Shown here one piece after another: positions 40,167-50,389 of a DNA stretch of 64,000 bases. This stretch comes from an uncultured Acidobacteriota bacterium. Its GTDB lineage: Bacteria; Actinomycetota; Acidimicrobiia; Spongiisociales; ZC4RG35. Where the stretch lies: positions 448,001 to 512,000 of the forward strand of contig CAWHEU010000022.1 in the NCBI GenBank assembly GCA_963828465.1, written 5' to 3'. Position numbers and translations under genes: made by a program. The notes under the pieces are model-generated. The model searched no databases, was not told where the DNA came from, and was given only the letters and a program-made list of their open reading frames with translations. Numbering within the stretch: the first letter of the stretch is position 1; each line of letters opens with the position of its first letter.

Positions 40167-40192
40167 GTCCAAGGGGACTCAGACGTTTCAGC

Positions 40193-40860
40193 TCAGGCGG
40201 TGGCGTCCCACGACGCGGTGAGGCCGCGCAGGCCGGCCGTAGCGTCGGGTGACGTGTCACCGTTGTCGCCGCGCAGAGAACGTATGTCGTCGCTCCCGTG
40301 GCGACATCCGACGCCGTCACCGCGACGGTGGCGGATTCTGGGGTTGCCGCGGTGGCCGTGGACCAGCCGCCCGCCCCAACGACGGTGCCGGTGCAGCTGT
40401 CTTGGGCCACGATCACCTGATAGGACCCTGGGGTGGCCGGCGTTGGATTGGACAGGGTCACGTGCCCGTTGAGGGTGACGTTGGCCTCAGCAGTGGCAGC
40501 GGCCTCCAGTGTGAGCAGCTCGACATACGTCGTGCCGCTTACGGTGACCGTGTCTGCTGGGTCGGTTACACCGATCCCGGTGTTTCCGTCCGTCTGGGCC
40601 AGACGACGCATGAACGCCGCCATCTGCTGCCGGGACACGTTGTCCTCGGGGCAGTACTGGGTGTTGGCCGGCGGGTTGCAGCCGATCGTGATCCCGTTCT
40701 CCTGCATCCACGCGATCGACTCGTGGAACTGGTTCGAGTCGGGCACGTCATCGAAGGAGTGGGCGGCGATCACAGCAACCGGCACCGCGATTATCAGCGC
40801 CAGAGTGGCGGCGATCGTGGTCACACGACGACGGGCGCGACCTGATTGAGTATCGGACAT
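40193..40860 (-). CDS. Secreted S-layer homology (SLH) domain protein
   Basis: Signal peptide; F.DVP....F..I.WM...GIT.GC...YCP...VSRQQMAAF; a probable frameshift near 40270 restores the ending ...LRGLTASWDATA* at 40193. Confidence 0.78.
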
Positions 40861-40985
40861 GGAGTATTCCTTCCTCTGTTCGCGGGTCGGGGCTTAATGG
40901 ACCTCTCGACCCTGGTCATCGCGCCGCATACCACCCGATCCACATCCTGAAACACCGTGTCAACGAACGCCGGTAACCTCGCCAG

Positions 40986-42422
40986 ATGATCGATTTCAGG
41001 CAACGGATCGGTGGCGATTGGGTAGATGCACTAGGTGGCGGGACCTGGGATCTGGTCAATCCGGCCACCGAAGAAGTAATCGAGAAGATCCCGTTTGGTG
41101 ACGGGGAGGATGCTTCAGCAGCCATCGACGCCGCCGCCGATGCCTTCCCGGCCTGGTCACACCTCACCGCATATGACCGGGGGGCGATCCTGGAGAAGGC
41201 CGCCGCCTTCGTCGAGGCCAATCTCGATGATTTCGCCCGAATCACTACCGAGGAGTCGGGCAAACCCTTGGCCCAATCGAGGGGTGAGTGGCAGACCGCC
41301 CCCAACCAGTTCCGCTGGGCGGCCGGCGAGGCACAGCGTCTCTACGGGCGCTGGATTCCCTCGCGATTGCCCAACCGGAGAATCGACGTCACCTATCAGC
41401 CCTTGGGAGTGGTAGGTGTCATCACCGCATGGAACTTCCCGGTGTACAACCAGACGAGGGCCATCTCGTCGGCGCTGGCGGCCGGATGCACGGTCGTGAG
41501 CCGCCCCTCGGAGTTCACACCCCGTTCAGCGATGCTGGTGGCTCATGCGTTCGCCGAGGCCGGGCTCCCCGAAGGTGTTCTCAACGTCATCAACGGCGAT
41601 CCCGAGCCCATGGGCCAGGTCATGCTCGACGACAAACGCTTGAAGAAGATCCAATTCACCGGATCGACCCGTGTGGGGCGGTTGCTCATGGACGGCGCCT
41701 CGAGGACGGTTACGCGGCTCTCTCTCGAGCTCGGAGGCAACGCTCCTGTGCTGGTGTTCCCCGACGCCGGTGACATCGCAGCCGTGGCCAAGAGCGCGAT
41801 GCGGACCAAGGTTCGCAACAACGGCCAGGTGTGCATCGCCCCCCAGCGGTTCTACGTGCACGACTCGGTGGTCGACGAGTTCAACGAGAGTGCTGTAGCC
41901 ACGGCTGAACAACAGGTCGTCGGCAACGGCTTGGATCCGGAAACGACAGTTGGCCCCCTGATCAACGCCCGTCAGCGCGACCGGGTTGTGGACCTCGTAT
42001 CGGCGAGTGTCGACCAGGGTGCTCGGGTGCTCACCGGTGGCGACCGCCCGGATCACGATGGCTATTTCTACAAGCCCACCGTGCTCACCGATGTGAAGCC
42101 CGGGGTGCCTGTCCATGAAGAGGAGATATTCGGGCCGGTGATGCCGGTGATCCCATTCGACGACGTCGACGATGCCATCGCCGTGGCCAACGCCACCGAT
42201 TACGGCCTGGCCGCCTACGTCTACACCCGTGACCTGGCCACCGCCTTCAAGGTGAGCGAAGCGCTCGAGTTCGGGATGATCGGGATCAACGACTGGCACC
42301 CCAGCACCCCCGAGGCGCCATTCGGCGGGGTGAAACAGTCGGGTCTGGGCCGTGAGTCGGGGCTCGAGGGCATCCACGAGTACGTCGAGCCCAAGACCAG
42401 GTACTTCGGCAACCTCGGGTGA
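40986..42422 (+). CDS. NAD(P)-dependent aldehyde dehydrogenase (succinate-semialdehyde dehydrogenase GabD-like)
   Basis: ITAWNFP, FTGST, LELGGNAP, GQVC, EEIFGP, PFGGVKQSG. Confidence 0.9.
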   Translation: MIDFRQRIGGDWVDALGGGTWDLVNPATEEVIEKIPFGDGEDASAAIDAAADAFPAWSHLTAYDRGAILEKAAAFVEANLDDFARITTEESGKPLAQSRGEWQTAPNQFRWAAGEAQRLYGRWIPSRLPNRRIDVTYQPLGVVGVITAWNFPVYNQTRAISSALAAGCTVVSRPSEFTPRSAMLVAHAFAEAGLPEGVLNVINGDPEPMGQVMLDDKRLKKIQFTGSTRVGRLLMDGASRTVTRLSLELGGNAPVLVFPDAGDIAAVAKSAMRTKVRNNGQVCIAPQRFYVHDSVVDEFNESAVATAEQQVVGNGLDPETTVGPLINARQRDRVVDLVSASVDQGARVLTGGDRPDHDGYFYKPTVLTDVKPGVPVHEEEIFGPVMPVIPFDDVDDAIAVANATDYGLAAYVYTRDLATAFKVSEALEFGMIGINDWHPSTPEAPFGGVKQSGLGRESGLEGIHEYVEPKTRYFGNLG

Positions 42423-42647
42423 TCAGGTCCTCAATGTCGGTGATAGCCGCCCGAAGCCGTTAACCTGACGTAGCCGCACCGACCGGGAGGCCAGCGCTCA
42501 GACGCTCCACGGTGATCAACGGCAGTACTTCTCATCCGGTCAGACCGCCTCTTCTGCCGATCTCGCGCCAACCCGGTCCCGGGTTCGCATCGAGGGAGAT
42601 CGCACCAACTGACCACAGCCCCGGGACACGGGGCGGAGAGAATCCAA

Positions 42648-44075
42648 TTGTCTACCTTTGCCGAGCTCGGCCTGCCCGAGCCCTTTACCGAGATGCTCGC
42701 CCGTCGTGGCATCACCAGCCCCTTCCCCATCCAGGCGATGACCATCCCCGATGTCCTCGCCGGACGTGACGTCGCCGGCCGTGCCCCCACCGGGTCAGGC
42801 AAGACTCTTGCGTTCGGGCTGCCCGCGCTCGCCCGCCTAGAGCGTGGCCGGAGTCGCCGGCCCCGGGGCTTGATCCTTTCCCCGACGAGGGAGCTGGCCG
42901 ATCAGATCTTCACCGAGCTCCAGCCGCTGGCGAAGGCGGTGAGTCGCTCCATGGTGGCCGTATACGGCGGTGTCTCCTACGGCCCGCAACGTTCGCGCCT
43001 CCAGCAGGGGATCGACCTGCTGGTGGCATGCCCGGGACGTCTCGAGGACCTGATCGACCAGGGAGTCGTAGACCTTCGGGAGGTGGATCTGGTGGTAGTC
43101 GACGAGGCGGACCGGATGGCGGACATGGGATTTCTCCCTGCCGTCAAGCGAATCCTCGACATGACGTCATCCGAGCGCCAGACGATCCTGTTCTCGGCGA
43201 CGCTCGACGGAGACGTCGCCGTGTTGACCCAGCGGTACCAGCGCGACCCAGTTCGACACGAGTCCGAGCTACAGGACGACGACATCGCGAATGCCGAGCA
43301 TCATTTCTGGAAGGTGGAGAGGGCGGATCGCACCGCTCATGTCGCCAGGGTGGTCACTTCTGCCAGCCCCACGATCGTGTTCACCCGAACCCGGCATGGA
43401 GCTGATCGGCTGGCCAAGCAGCTGGCGGGCGCCGGAGTCACGGCCGTTGCTCTGCATGGTGGGCGGTCACAGCAGCAGCGGAATCGTGCGCTCAAGGATT
43501 TCGCCAACGGGCGCAGCCAGGCCCTTGTGGCCACCGACGTGGCGGCCCGGGGCATTCACGTCGAGGGGGTTGCCAGCGTGATCCACTTCGATCCGCCCGA
43601 GGACGAGAAGACATATGTGCACCGTTCGGGGCGGACCGCCCGGGCCGGCGCAAGCGGGATGGTGGTCTCACTCGTCGATGGGAGCCAGGTGAAGAATGCC
43701 CAGAGGATGCAACGGGCCCTGGGTCTGGATTCCGCAATGGTGACAGGACCCGCGCCTCGTATGCCCAAGGAGCGAGTTCCCTCGACGTCGAGACCTGAAC
43801 ATCCACGCCGATCGGGCGACAACGAGTCGATCTACGTGGGCAACCTGCCGTTCAGCGTCACCGGGGAGGATCTGGAACGGATCTTCGCCAAACACGGAAG
43901 CGTCCACTCGGCCACAGTCGTCACCCATCGGGACTCGAGGAAGTCGCGTGGTTTCGGCTTCGTAGAGATGACTCCCAAGGCATCGAACGCCGCCATCGCA
44001 GCTCTCGACGGCTCGAGTGTCTCTGGACGTCGGTTGAAGGTGAGGGCAGCCAGGCCCGGAGTCGCCCACCCCTAA
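42648..44075 (+). CDS. DEAD-box RNA helicase with C-terminal RRM
   Basis: Q motif, PTGSGKT, PTRELA, DEAD, SAT, ARGIH, HRSGRTAR; C-terminal IYVGNL and RGFGFV. Confidence 0.93.
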   Translation: MSTFAELGLPEPFTEMLARRGITSPFPIQAMTIPDVLAGRDVAGRAPTGSGKTLAFGLPALARLERGRSRRPRGLILSPTRELADQIFTELQPLAKAVSRSMVAVYGGVSYGPQRSRLQQGIDLLVACPGRLEDLIDQGVVDLREVDLVVVDEADRMADMGFLPAVKRILDMTSSERQTILFSATLDGDVAVLTQRYQRDPVRHESELQDDDIANAEHHFWKVERADRTAHVARVVTSASPTIVFTRTRHGADRLAKQLAGAGVTAVALHGGRSQQQRNRALKDFANGRSQALVATDVAARGIHVEGVASVIHFDPPEDEKTYVHRSGRTARAGASGMVVSLVDGSQVKNAQRMQRALGLDSAMVTGPAPRMPKERVPSTSRPEHPRRSGDNESIYVGNLPFSVTGEDLERIFAKHGSVHSATVVTHRDSRKSRGFGFVEMTPKASNAAIAALDGSSVSGRRLKVRAARPGVAHP

Positions 44076-44085
44076 CCTGCCCCCG

Positions 44086-44871
44086 GTGATCGAGGCTGCG
44101 GCAGTCCCGCGCTGGAAGTTCGTCCTGATCGGGCTCGCCGCAGGTCTCCTCTCCGGAGGATTCGGGATTGGTGGGGGCATCGTCATGGTCCCTCTGCTGG
44201 TGGCGGTCGGCCTCGACCGTCATCGTGCCCACGCGACATCCCTGGCCAGCATCCTCCCCATAGCGGCCGCGGGGGCGGTCACTTTTGCCCTCTCCGGCGA
44301 GGTCAACTTGGGTCTTGGGGTGCTCGTGGGGGTGGGCGGCGTCATCGGATCGATCGTGGGTGCGTCGCTGATGAATCGTCTCAGCACCAGGTCGCTGAGC
44401 ATCTTCTTTGGCCTGGTGCTACTTGCGGCGGGAGTCCGCATGATCTTCAGCACCGACCCTCTCCCACTGGCGGGCGGATTCAACGACTTGACGCTGGGAT
44501 TGATCGCCGTGGGCATTGGTCTCGTCTCCGGGTTTCTGGCCGGCGTGGCCGGAGTCGGAGGCGGCATCGTCATCGTCCCGGCAACGGTGCTGTTGCTCGG
44601 ATTCACCCAGCACGTGGCGCAAGGCACATCGCTTCTGGCCATCATCCTCACCTCGATCGCCGCCACGATCATCAACCGAAAGAACCGCCGCGTACGCCTG
44701 AGGGAGGCCGTGACGGTTGGAGCCGGCGGTGTCGTTGGAGCGGTCCTCGCATCCGTGGCCGCCCTCGGTGTCGACGGCAGGGTCCTATCTGCACTCTTCG
44801 GGGTGTTGGCGGTCCTGGTCGCTGCCCGCACTCTCTACCAGGCTTACGCCTCGGAGCCTCAGCCCGTTTAG
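44086..44871 (+). CDS. TauE/SafE family membrane protein
   Basis: Two G.GGG.I.VP ... A..TSL repeats; about 8 TM helices. Confidence 0.88.
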   Translation: MIEAAAVPRWKFVLIGLAAGLLSGGFGIGGGIVMVPLLVAVGLDRHRAHATSLASILPIAAAGAVTFALSGEVNLGLGVLVGVGGVIGSIVGASLMNRLSTRSLSIFFGLVLLAAGVRMIFSTDPLPLAGGFNDLTLGLIAVGIGLVSGFLAGVAGVGGGIVIVPATVLLLGFTQHVAQGTSLLAIILTSIAATIINRKNRRVRLREAVTVGAGGVVGAVLASVAALGVDGRVLSALFGVLAVLVAARTLYQAYASEPQPV

Positions 44872-45449
44872 CCGATGATCACCCCATGGTTTCGCATCTC
44901 GTCGATGGCTCGTTGCCCGTCACCGGGCTCGAGATCGACCGATGCGCTGGCATCCGGTATCACAGACGTCTCGTAATCCTTTGCCGCATCGAGGGCCGTC
45001 TCTTTGACGCACCAGTCGAGAGCCAGCCCGACGACGACTACCCGCTGGCAGCCACGCTCCTCGAGCATCCCGCGCAGGGCCGTCGGAGTCTCCTCACCGG
45101 TCACGGGATCGCGCATCGTGAACCCCGAGTATCCGTCCTCGCCGTTGGCACCGTTCTGAACGATCGGACCCGACACCTCGAGGCCGGGATGGAACTCCGC
45201 CCCCCAAGTGCCCTGGACGCAGTGCACCGGCCAGATGCCCCCGTCCTTCTCGAAGTGCGGGGTCGACTCGGGGTGCCAGTCCTGGGTGTAGACCACGAAA
45301 GCGCCGGCCGACAGGGCCCGCATCACCTCGATGTTGACTCTGGGGACCACAGCGTCTCCACCCTGGACGAACAGGCTCCCGTTGGGATCGGCGAAGTCGT
45401 TCTGCACGTCTACAACGACGAGAGCAGTGCTGGTGTCGTAGCTGATCAC
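44868..45449 (-). CDS. pncA: Nicotinamidase/pyrazinamidase
   Basis: VDVQNDF, QDWHP, WPVHCV, GYSGF, GLALDWCV; divergent from pncB. Confidence 0.85.
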   Translation of the reverse strand: MISYDTSTALVVVDVQNDFADPNGSLFVQGGDAVVPRVNIEVMRALSAGAFVVYTQDWHPESTPHFEKDGGIWPVHCVQGTWGAEFHPGLEVSGPIVQNGANGEDGYSGFTMRDPVTGEETPTALRGMLEERGCQRVVVVGLALDWCVKETALDAAKDYETSVIPDASASVDLEPGDGQRAIDEMRNHGVIIG

Positions 45450-45485
45450 GTCCGGCAGGCTACAAGCGGGCAATAGGCTTGGGAC

Positions 45486-46997
45486 ATGGGAATCTCCCGG
45501 GGCGCCCTACTCACTGATCAATACCAGTTGACGATGGCCCAGCTCTACTTCAGACACGGCCTTCACGAACGCGACGCCCGGTTCGAGCACTTCTTCCGGC
45601 GTTATCCCGACTACGGCGAGCACGAGGCCGGATACGCCATCAATGCGGGCTGGGGCTGGCTGGGGAGATGGGCCGATCGTGCCCGCTTCGGCGCCAAGGA
45701 GCGAGACGCCCTCAGAGCTCATCGAGTCGAGGGGCATCGCCTCTTCTCTGACGATTTCATCGAGTGGTTGGGCGGTGTCAGCTGGGATGCCTTGCGCTTC
45801 GAGGCGATGCCGGAAGGGAGGGTCGCCCACGCCAACGTCCCTCTAACGGTCGTCGAAGGACCGCTCGGAGTCGCCCAGATTCTGGAGACATCGCTGCTCA
45901 ATCATCTCAACTTTCACACCCTTGTCGCCACCAAGGCATCGAGGGTGGTGGAGGCGACAAGGGGTGGCGCCGTCCTCGAGTTCGGCTTGCGCCGGGCCCC
46001 CGACGAGGGTGGCATCGCGGCGACAAGGGCTGCCTTGATCGGGGGTGTGAACGCATCCTCCAACGTCGGAATCTCCCATGAGATGGGGGTCATGCCGCAG
46101 GGGACCCATGCTCACTCGATGGTGCAGGTCTTCATGGCGTTGGGCGATGGAGAATTGGGCGCCTTTCGCGCCTATGCCGACATGTACCCCGACGAATGCA
46201 TCCTGCTCGTCGACACCATCGACAGCTTGGAGTCGGGAATACCGAATGCGATCACCGTTTTCGAGGAGCTGAGGGCCCGTGGCCACAGCCCCGTCGGCAT
46301 TCGCCTCGACTCGGGCGACCTCGCTCATCTGTCGGTTCTGGCATCGCAGATGCTGGACAAGGCCGGATTCCACGACGTGCACATCGTTCTCTCCAGCGGT
46401 CTCGACGAACTGACCATCTTCCAGATCCTCACCCAGGTCACAGATGAAGCTCCCCGCTACGGGGCGGATCCTGATCGGGTGATCCGTCGGCTCCTCTACG
46501 GGGTGGGAACCAAGATGGCGACGTCGGACGGGCGTCCATACCTGGACGGCGTCTACAAGCTGGTCGCGATCGCCGACCGGGACGAATGGCGACCGGCGAT
46601 CAAGGTTTCGGACACTCCCGCCAAGATTGTGAACCCGGGCCGCAAACGGGTCCATCGCCTCTACGACCAACGAGGGCTCGCCACCGTGGACCTCATGGGA
46701 TTGGCCGACGAGACGCTTGGATTCCCTCTCGAGGTGCGACATCATCGCGAGACCGGCATCGGGCGGACCCTGGACGAGTCGAGGGTCTCGGCTTCCGAGG
46801 AGCTACTCGAACCGGCGACCCTCGTGGCACCGTCCGATGACCCTGCTGTCGTAGCGGAAGCCAGAAAGCGCCGGGTGTCCGACCTCGAGCGTCTCGACCC
46901 GGGCGTCAAGCGTCTGGTCAACCCCCACGTGTATCACGTGTCGGTGACCAGACGCCTTGCCGACCTCAAGACCCGGCTCATTGAGGAAACGCTCTAG
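45486..46997 (+). CDS. pncB: Nicotinate phosphoribosyltransferase
   Basis: LLTDQYQLTM, EFGLRR, GTHAHS, LVDT, IRLDSGDL, VYKL. Confidence 0.93.
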   Translation: MGISRGALLTDQYQLTMAQLYFRHGLHERDARFEHFFRRYPDYGEHEAGYAINAGWGWLGRWADRARFGAKERDALRAHRVEGHRLFSDDFIEWLGGVSWDALRFEAMPEGRVAHANVPLTVVEGPLGVAQILETSLLNHLNFHTLVATKASRVVEATRGGAVLEFGLRRAPDEGGIAATRAALIGGVNASSNVGISHEMGVMPQGTHAHSMVQVFMALGDGELGAFRAYADMYPDECILLVDTIDSLESGIPNAITVFEELRARGHSPVGIRLDSGDLAHLSVLASQMLDKAGFHDVHIVLSSGLDELTIFQILTQVTDEAPRYGADPDRVIRRLLYGVGTKMATSDGRPYLDGVYKLVAIADRDEWRPAIKVSDTPAKIVNPGRKRVHRLYDQRGLATVDLMGLADETLGFPLEVRHHRETGIGRTLDESRVSASEELLEPATLVAPSDDPAVVAEARKRRVSDLERLDPGVKRLVNPHVYHVSVTRRLADLKTRLIEETL

Positions 46998-47248
46998 CCG
47001 AGGTCGTCTCCCTGACCCGAGACGGGAACAGGGGTGGTTTCCTCATCGTCGGCCGACCTCGTCACGAACACAGGCACCAGGACCGCAAGTCCCACGACGA
47101 GCAGCAGAACCGGCCAGAACCATGCTCCGAGAGAGGTCACCGCGTCGATCAGGTCCAGCGGGGTCTGAGGTACCAGGAAGACGAGCCCGACCAGTGCGGC
47201 CACCAGGCCGGAGATGAAGGAGATGGCATCGAATCTGTGTGATTTCAT
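46994..47248 (-). CDS. Small membrane protein of the PspC locus
   Basis: HRFDAISFISGL and two TM helices; follows the PspC gene. Confidence 0.75.
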   Translation of the reverse strand: MKSHRFDAISFISGLVAALVGLVFLVPQTPLDLIDAVTSLGAWFWPVLLLVVGLAVLVPVFVTRSADDEETTPVPVSGQGDDLG

Positions 47249-47268
47249 CGTTCAAGTTCCTTTCGTCT

Positions 47269-48465
47269 TCAGCGTCCGACGTGGATGTCGATGTTGCCCA
47301 GATCGACCGCCGCATCAAGAACGACTGTCCCTTCGGGTCCCGGGTTGTCGAATTGCAGGGTCGGATTGCCCAGACCCGACGACTCCCGTCCGAAGGCGCC
47401 GACATGGCCGACGTCAACCGACGCCTCACCCTCGAGGCCGACGCCTGGGGGAATCCAGATCTCGATGTTGCCGGCATCGACTCGGGCCTCGAGATCAACG
47501 GTCTCACCATCCCAGGGAAGGTCGGTCAGGTCGATGACCAGGTTGCCGACATCGATGGCGTAGCTGTCCTCGAGCTCAGCGAAGGTATCCGGCGAAACGG
47601 TCCTGTCGAACTCCTCCGAATTCCAGTCGTACTCGAACACGGGGGAGAAGAGGAGCGTCGGCACCAGGAGGGCAGCGATGAGGATCAGCCACCTCGCCCG
47701 TCCCACGAAGCCACCGACGATGAGGCCCAACCCGATGACGACCGTGGCCAGCGCCATGTAATGGCGGGGTTGTGGCTCGATCGGTAGCCCCGGGATGTTG
47801 TCCAGGATGGCAAGAATGCCGAGGCTGACCAGCATCACGCCGATCGTGATACGCCCCAGATATGAGGTCTCCTTCGGCTTGGCCGGCGGCGGAGGCAGGA
47901 CAGGTGGGGTCGGAGTGGGCGTCGGAGGGGGACCTGCGTCGCCGGGCCCGGATGGTGCCACGGGCTCAACTGTGGAGGTCACAGGTGTCTGAGTCGTTGT
48001 CATTTGTTGAACTCCCTCCTTTTCGTCGTTCTTTCCCTCGTTCCTCACCAGGCGCGGGAGATCGCCCGTGTAGAGGAGGACACCAACCACCAGCAGTCCA
48101 ACCGACCAGACGATGCCGGTGGAGAGGAAAGTGAAGTTGTCGAGGAGGATCAGGATGGCCAGAAAGACCAGGCCAATGCCGAGCCAGGATCTCGACGTCG
48201 ATGCGCCCGAGAAGATCCGCTGAGCCGGCGTCTCGGTCTCGTCATCCGAGCGGATGAGAAACCACCCGGCCGCGTAGAGAGCGATGCCAAGGCCGCCGGC
48301 AAAGGTGAGCAGGACGAAGATCACCCGCATCAGCAGCACGGGCACGTCGTAGCGGTTGGCGAACCCCTGGGCGACGCCGGCCACGATCCGACCCTCACGG
48401 GGGCGGACGAGCTCCCGGGTGATCACGGGGGCCTCAGGGGCCTCAGTTGTGTTGGTTTGTTCCAT
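47269..48465 (-). CDS. PspC domain protein with C-terminal LiaF-like beta domain
   Basis: R.REGRIVAGVAQG...LY.AGW PspC motif; Pro-rich linker; GNLVIDLT...GNIEI..P. Confidence 0.85.
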   Translation of the reverse strand: MEQTNTTEAPEAPVITRELVRPREGRIVAGVAQGFANRYDVPVLLMRVIFVLLTFAGGLGIALYAAGWFLIRSDDETETPAQRIFSGASTSRSWLGIGLVFLAILILLDNFTFLSTGIVWSVGLLVVGVLLYTGDLPRLVRNEGKNDEKEGVQQMTTTQTPVTSTVEPVAPSGPGDAGPPPTPTPTPPVLPPPPAKPKETSYLGRITIGVMLVSLGILAILDNIPGLPIEPQPRHYMALATVVIGLGLIVGGFVGRARWLILIAALLVPTLLFSPVFEYDWNSEEFDRTVSPDTFAELEDSYAIDVGNLVIDLTDLPWDGETVDLEARVDAGNIEIWIPPGVGLEGEASVDVGHVGAFGRESSGLGNPTLQFDNPGPEGTVVLDAAVDLGNIDIHVGR

Positions 48466-48500
48466 TCCCCGATTCGACCGTTTCCGCCCCGGATCTTCAA

Positions 48501-48549
48501 TCGGGGACGACCCTGAGACATCCCCGAGGGTTCTCGGGGATGTCCCTTA
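48501..48549. promoter_or_regulatory. Putative LuxR/NarL response-regulator boxes
   Basis: TCGGGG-N4-CCCTGA (48501-48516) and TCGGGG-N4-CCCTTA (48534-48549); 12-bp inverted repeat at 48517-48544. Confidence 0.6.
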
Positions 48550-48584
48550 TTGAGGTTGGGGCCAGTCGCCGCGATCATTTCATC

Positions 48585-49751
48585 GTGACTCAAATCGGGC
48601 AGCTCCGTTTCCGACGTCGCGGCCGCGATCGCATCGTCGCCGGTGTTGCCGGGGGCCTCGGCGACACTCTTGGAGTCAGTGACGCCTTCGTGCGGGCCGC
48701 CTTCGTCACACTCAGCATGGTCTGGGGTCTCGGGGTGCTCGTCTACCTGGCGTTGTGGCTTATGGCGTTGGACCGGGTCGAGGACACCCACCCCGAGCCG
48801 GTGGCGACGCATCAGGCGGTGGGTCTTGGCCTGGCCTTCGGCGGATCCATGCTCTTTCTGGGAGCCCTTGGGTGGTGGCCGTCGAACGCTCTGGTTCTCA
48901 CCGTGGGGGCTATCAGTTTTGGCACGGCTGCCCTCACCGATCGGAACATGCCTGGCCCTCTCGCCGCCCTGGTGGACCCGAGTGTCGACCGACCCGGACG
49001 TCTCCGCATGGTGGTTGGGGTGGCGCTCCTGATTGGGGGTCTCGCCGTCTTCTCGTCGAGCGTTGGGCCGATCTCCGGGATCGGTCCCGTGGTCCTCGCC
49101 GTCGCGCTCACCGGGTTCGGGATCCTGGTGGCCTTCGGGCCGTGGGTCACTCGTCTTGCCCGGGATCTCGGCACCGAGCGACGAGAGCGGATCCGTCAAG
49201 AGGAAAGGGCCGAGGTGGCGGCCCACCTCCATGATTCGGTCCTGCAGACGCTGGCATTGATCCAGCGAAGCGATGATCCGGCCCGTATGTCGATACTCGC
49301 CCGTCATCAGGAATCCGAGCTTCGGGATTGGCTCTACGGGAATGCCCCCCTCGAGGGCGCCGACCTCCTCTCTACTGCCCTCAAGGCCTCTGCTCAGAGG
49401 ATCGAGGCCGATCACCAGGTGCCTATCGATGTGGTCGTCGTAGGGGATCACCCATTGAACGAGGACACCCGGGCCCTACTCGGGGCGGCCAATGAGGCGA
49501 TGGTCAACGCGGCCAAGCACTCCGGGGCCGAGCGCATATCCCTCTACTTCGAAGCCGAGGACAATGAGCTCATTGTGTATGTGACCGATCAGGGAAAGGG
49601 CTTCGAACCAACGGGTGTCGCCAACGACCGGCGGGGCATCGCGGAATCCATCAAGGCGAGGGTGGAACGGGCCGGGGGCGAGGCCGACATCGAAAGTGAG
49701 CCCGGCGAGGGGACCGAGGTCGTGCTCAGGATGCCGGTGGCGGCCGGATGA
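48585..49751 (+). CDS. PspC-domain sensor histidine kinase
   Basis: N-terminal PspC motif; AAHLHDSVLQTL H-box; NAAKH, DQGKGF, GEGT. Confidence 0.9.
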   Translation: MTQIGQLRFRRRGRDRIVAGVAGGLGDTLGVSDAFVRAAFVTLSMVWGLGVLVYLALWLMALDRVEDTHPEPVATHQAVGLGLAFGGSMLFLGALGWWPSNALVLTVGAISFGTAALTDRNMPGPLAALVDPSVDRPGRLRMVVGVALLIGGLAVFSSSVGPISGIGPVVLAVALTGFGILVAFGPWVTRLARDLGTERRERIRQEERAEVAAHLHDSVLQTLALIQRSDDPARMSILARHQESELRDWLYGNAPLEGADLLSTALKASAQRIEADHQVPIDVVVVGDHPLNEDTRALLGAANEAMVNAAKHSGAERISLYFEAEDNELIVYVTDQGKGFEPTGVANDRRGIAESIKARVERAGGEADIESEPGEGTEVVLRMPVAAG

Positions 49752-50383
49752 GGGTCAAGGTCTATCTGGTCGACGATCACAGGCTCTTTCTGGCCGGCGT
49801 GAAGGCAGAGCTCTCCGAGGAATTCGCCATCGTGGGATCCGCCTACGACGTCGATACGGCGATCGAAGAGATTCGAGGGCTCGAGCCCGATGTCGTATTG
49901 ATCGATGTCCACATGCCCGACGGCGGTGGGATCGTCGTTGTCGAGGGCGTCGGGGAGACGAATCCGGAGGTGAAGTTCCTCGCCCTCTCGGTCTCGGATC
50001 AGGCCGAGGACGTGATCGGGATGATCAGGGCCGGCGCCCGCGGCTACGTGACCAAGACCATCGAGCCGGGAGACTTGGTCGATGCGGTGCGTCGGATCGA
50101 TGCCGGTGACGCGGTCTTCTCGCCACGTCTCGCCGGGTTTGTCCTCGATGCCTTCGCCGGCGTGATGCCTACCGAGGATGATCCCGAGCTCGACCAGCTG
50201 ACCACCAGGGAGAAGGATGTCCTCCGACTGATCGCCAGGGGGTTCGCCTACAAGCAGGTGGCGCGGAAGCTCAACATCTCGATCAAGACTGTCGAGACCC
50301 ACGTCTCGTCCGTGTTGCGAAAGCTCCAGCTATCCAACCGTCATGAGCTGGCGAGATGGGCGTCGAAGAGAAGGATTGTCTGA
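49748..50383 (+). CDS. NarL/LuxR family response regulator
   Basis: VDDH, DVHMP, LTTREKDVL, KTVETHVS. Confidence 0.93.
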   Translation: MRVKVYLVDDHRLFLAGVKAELSEEFAIVGSAYDVDTAIEEIRGLEPDVVLIDVHMPDGGGIVVVEGVGETNPEVKFLALSVSDQAEDVIGMIRAGARGYVTKTIEPGDLVDAVRRIDAGDAVFSPRLAGFVLDAFAGVMPTEDDPELDQLTTREKDVLRLIARGFAYKQVARKLNISIKTVETHVSSVLRKLQLSNRHELARWASKRRIV

Positions 50384-50389
50384 CCCGGG

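Noticed and set aside
40078-40270. SLH ORF extension overlapping the GH13 3' end
   Set aside because: Likely frameshift artefact; the alternative frame stops at 40193, next to a small hairpin at 40163-40182.
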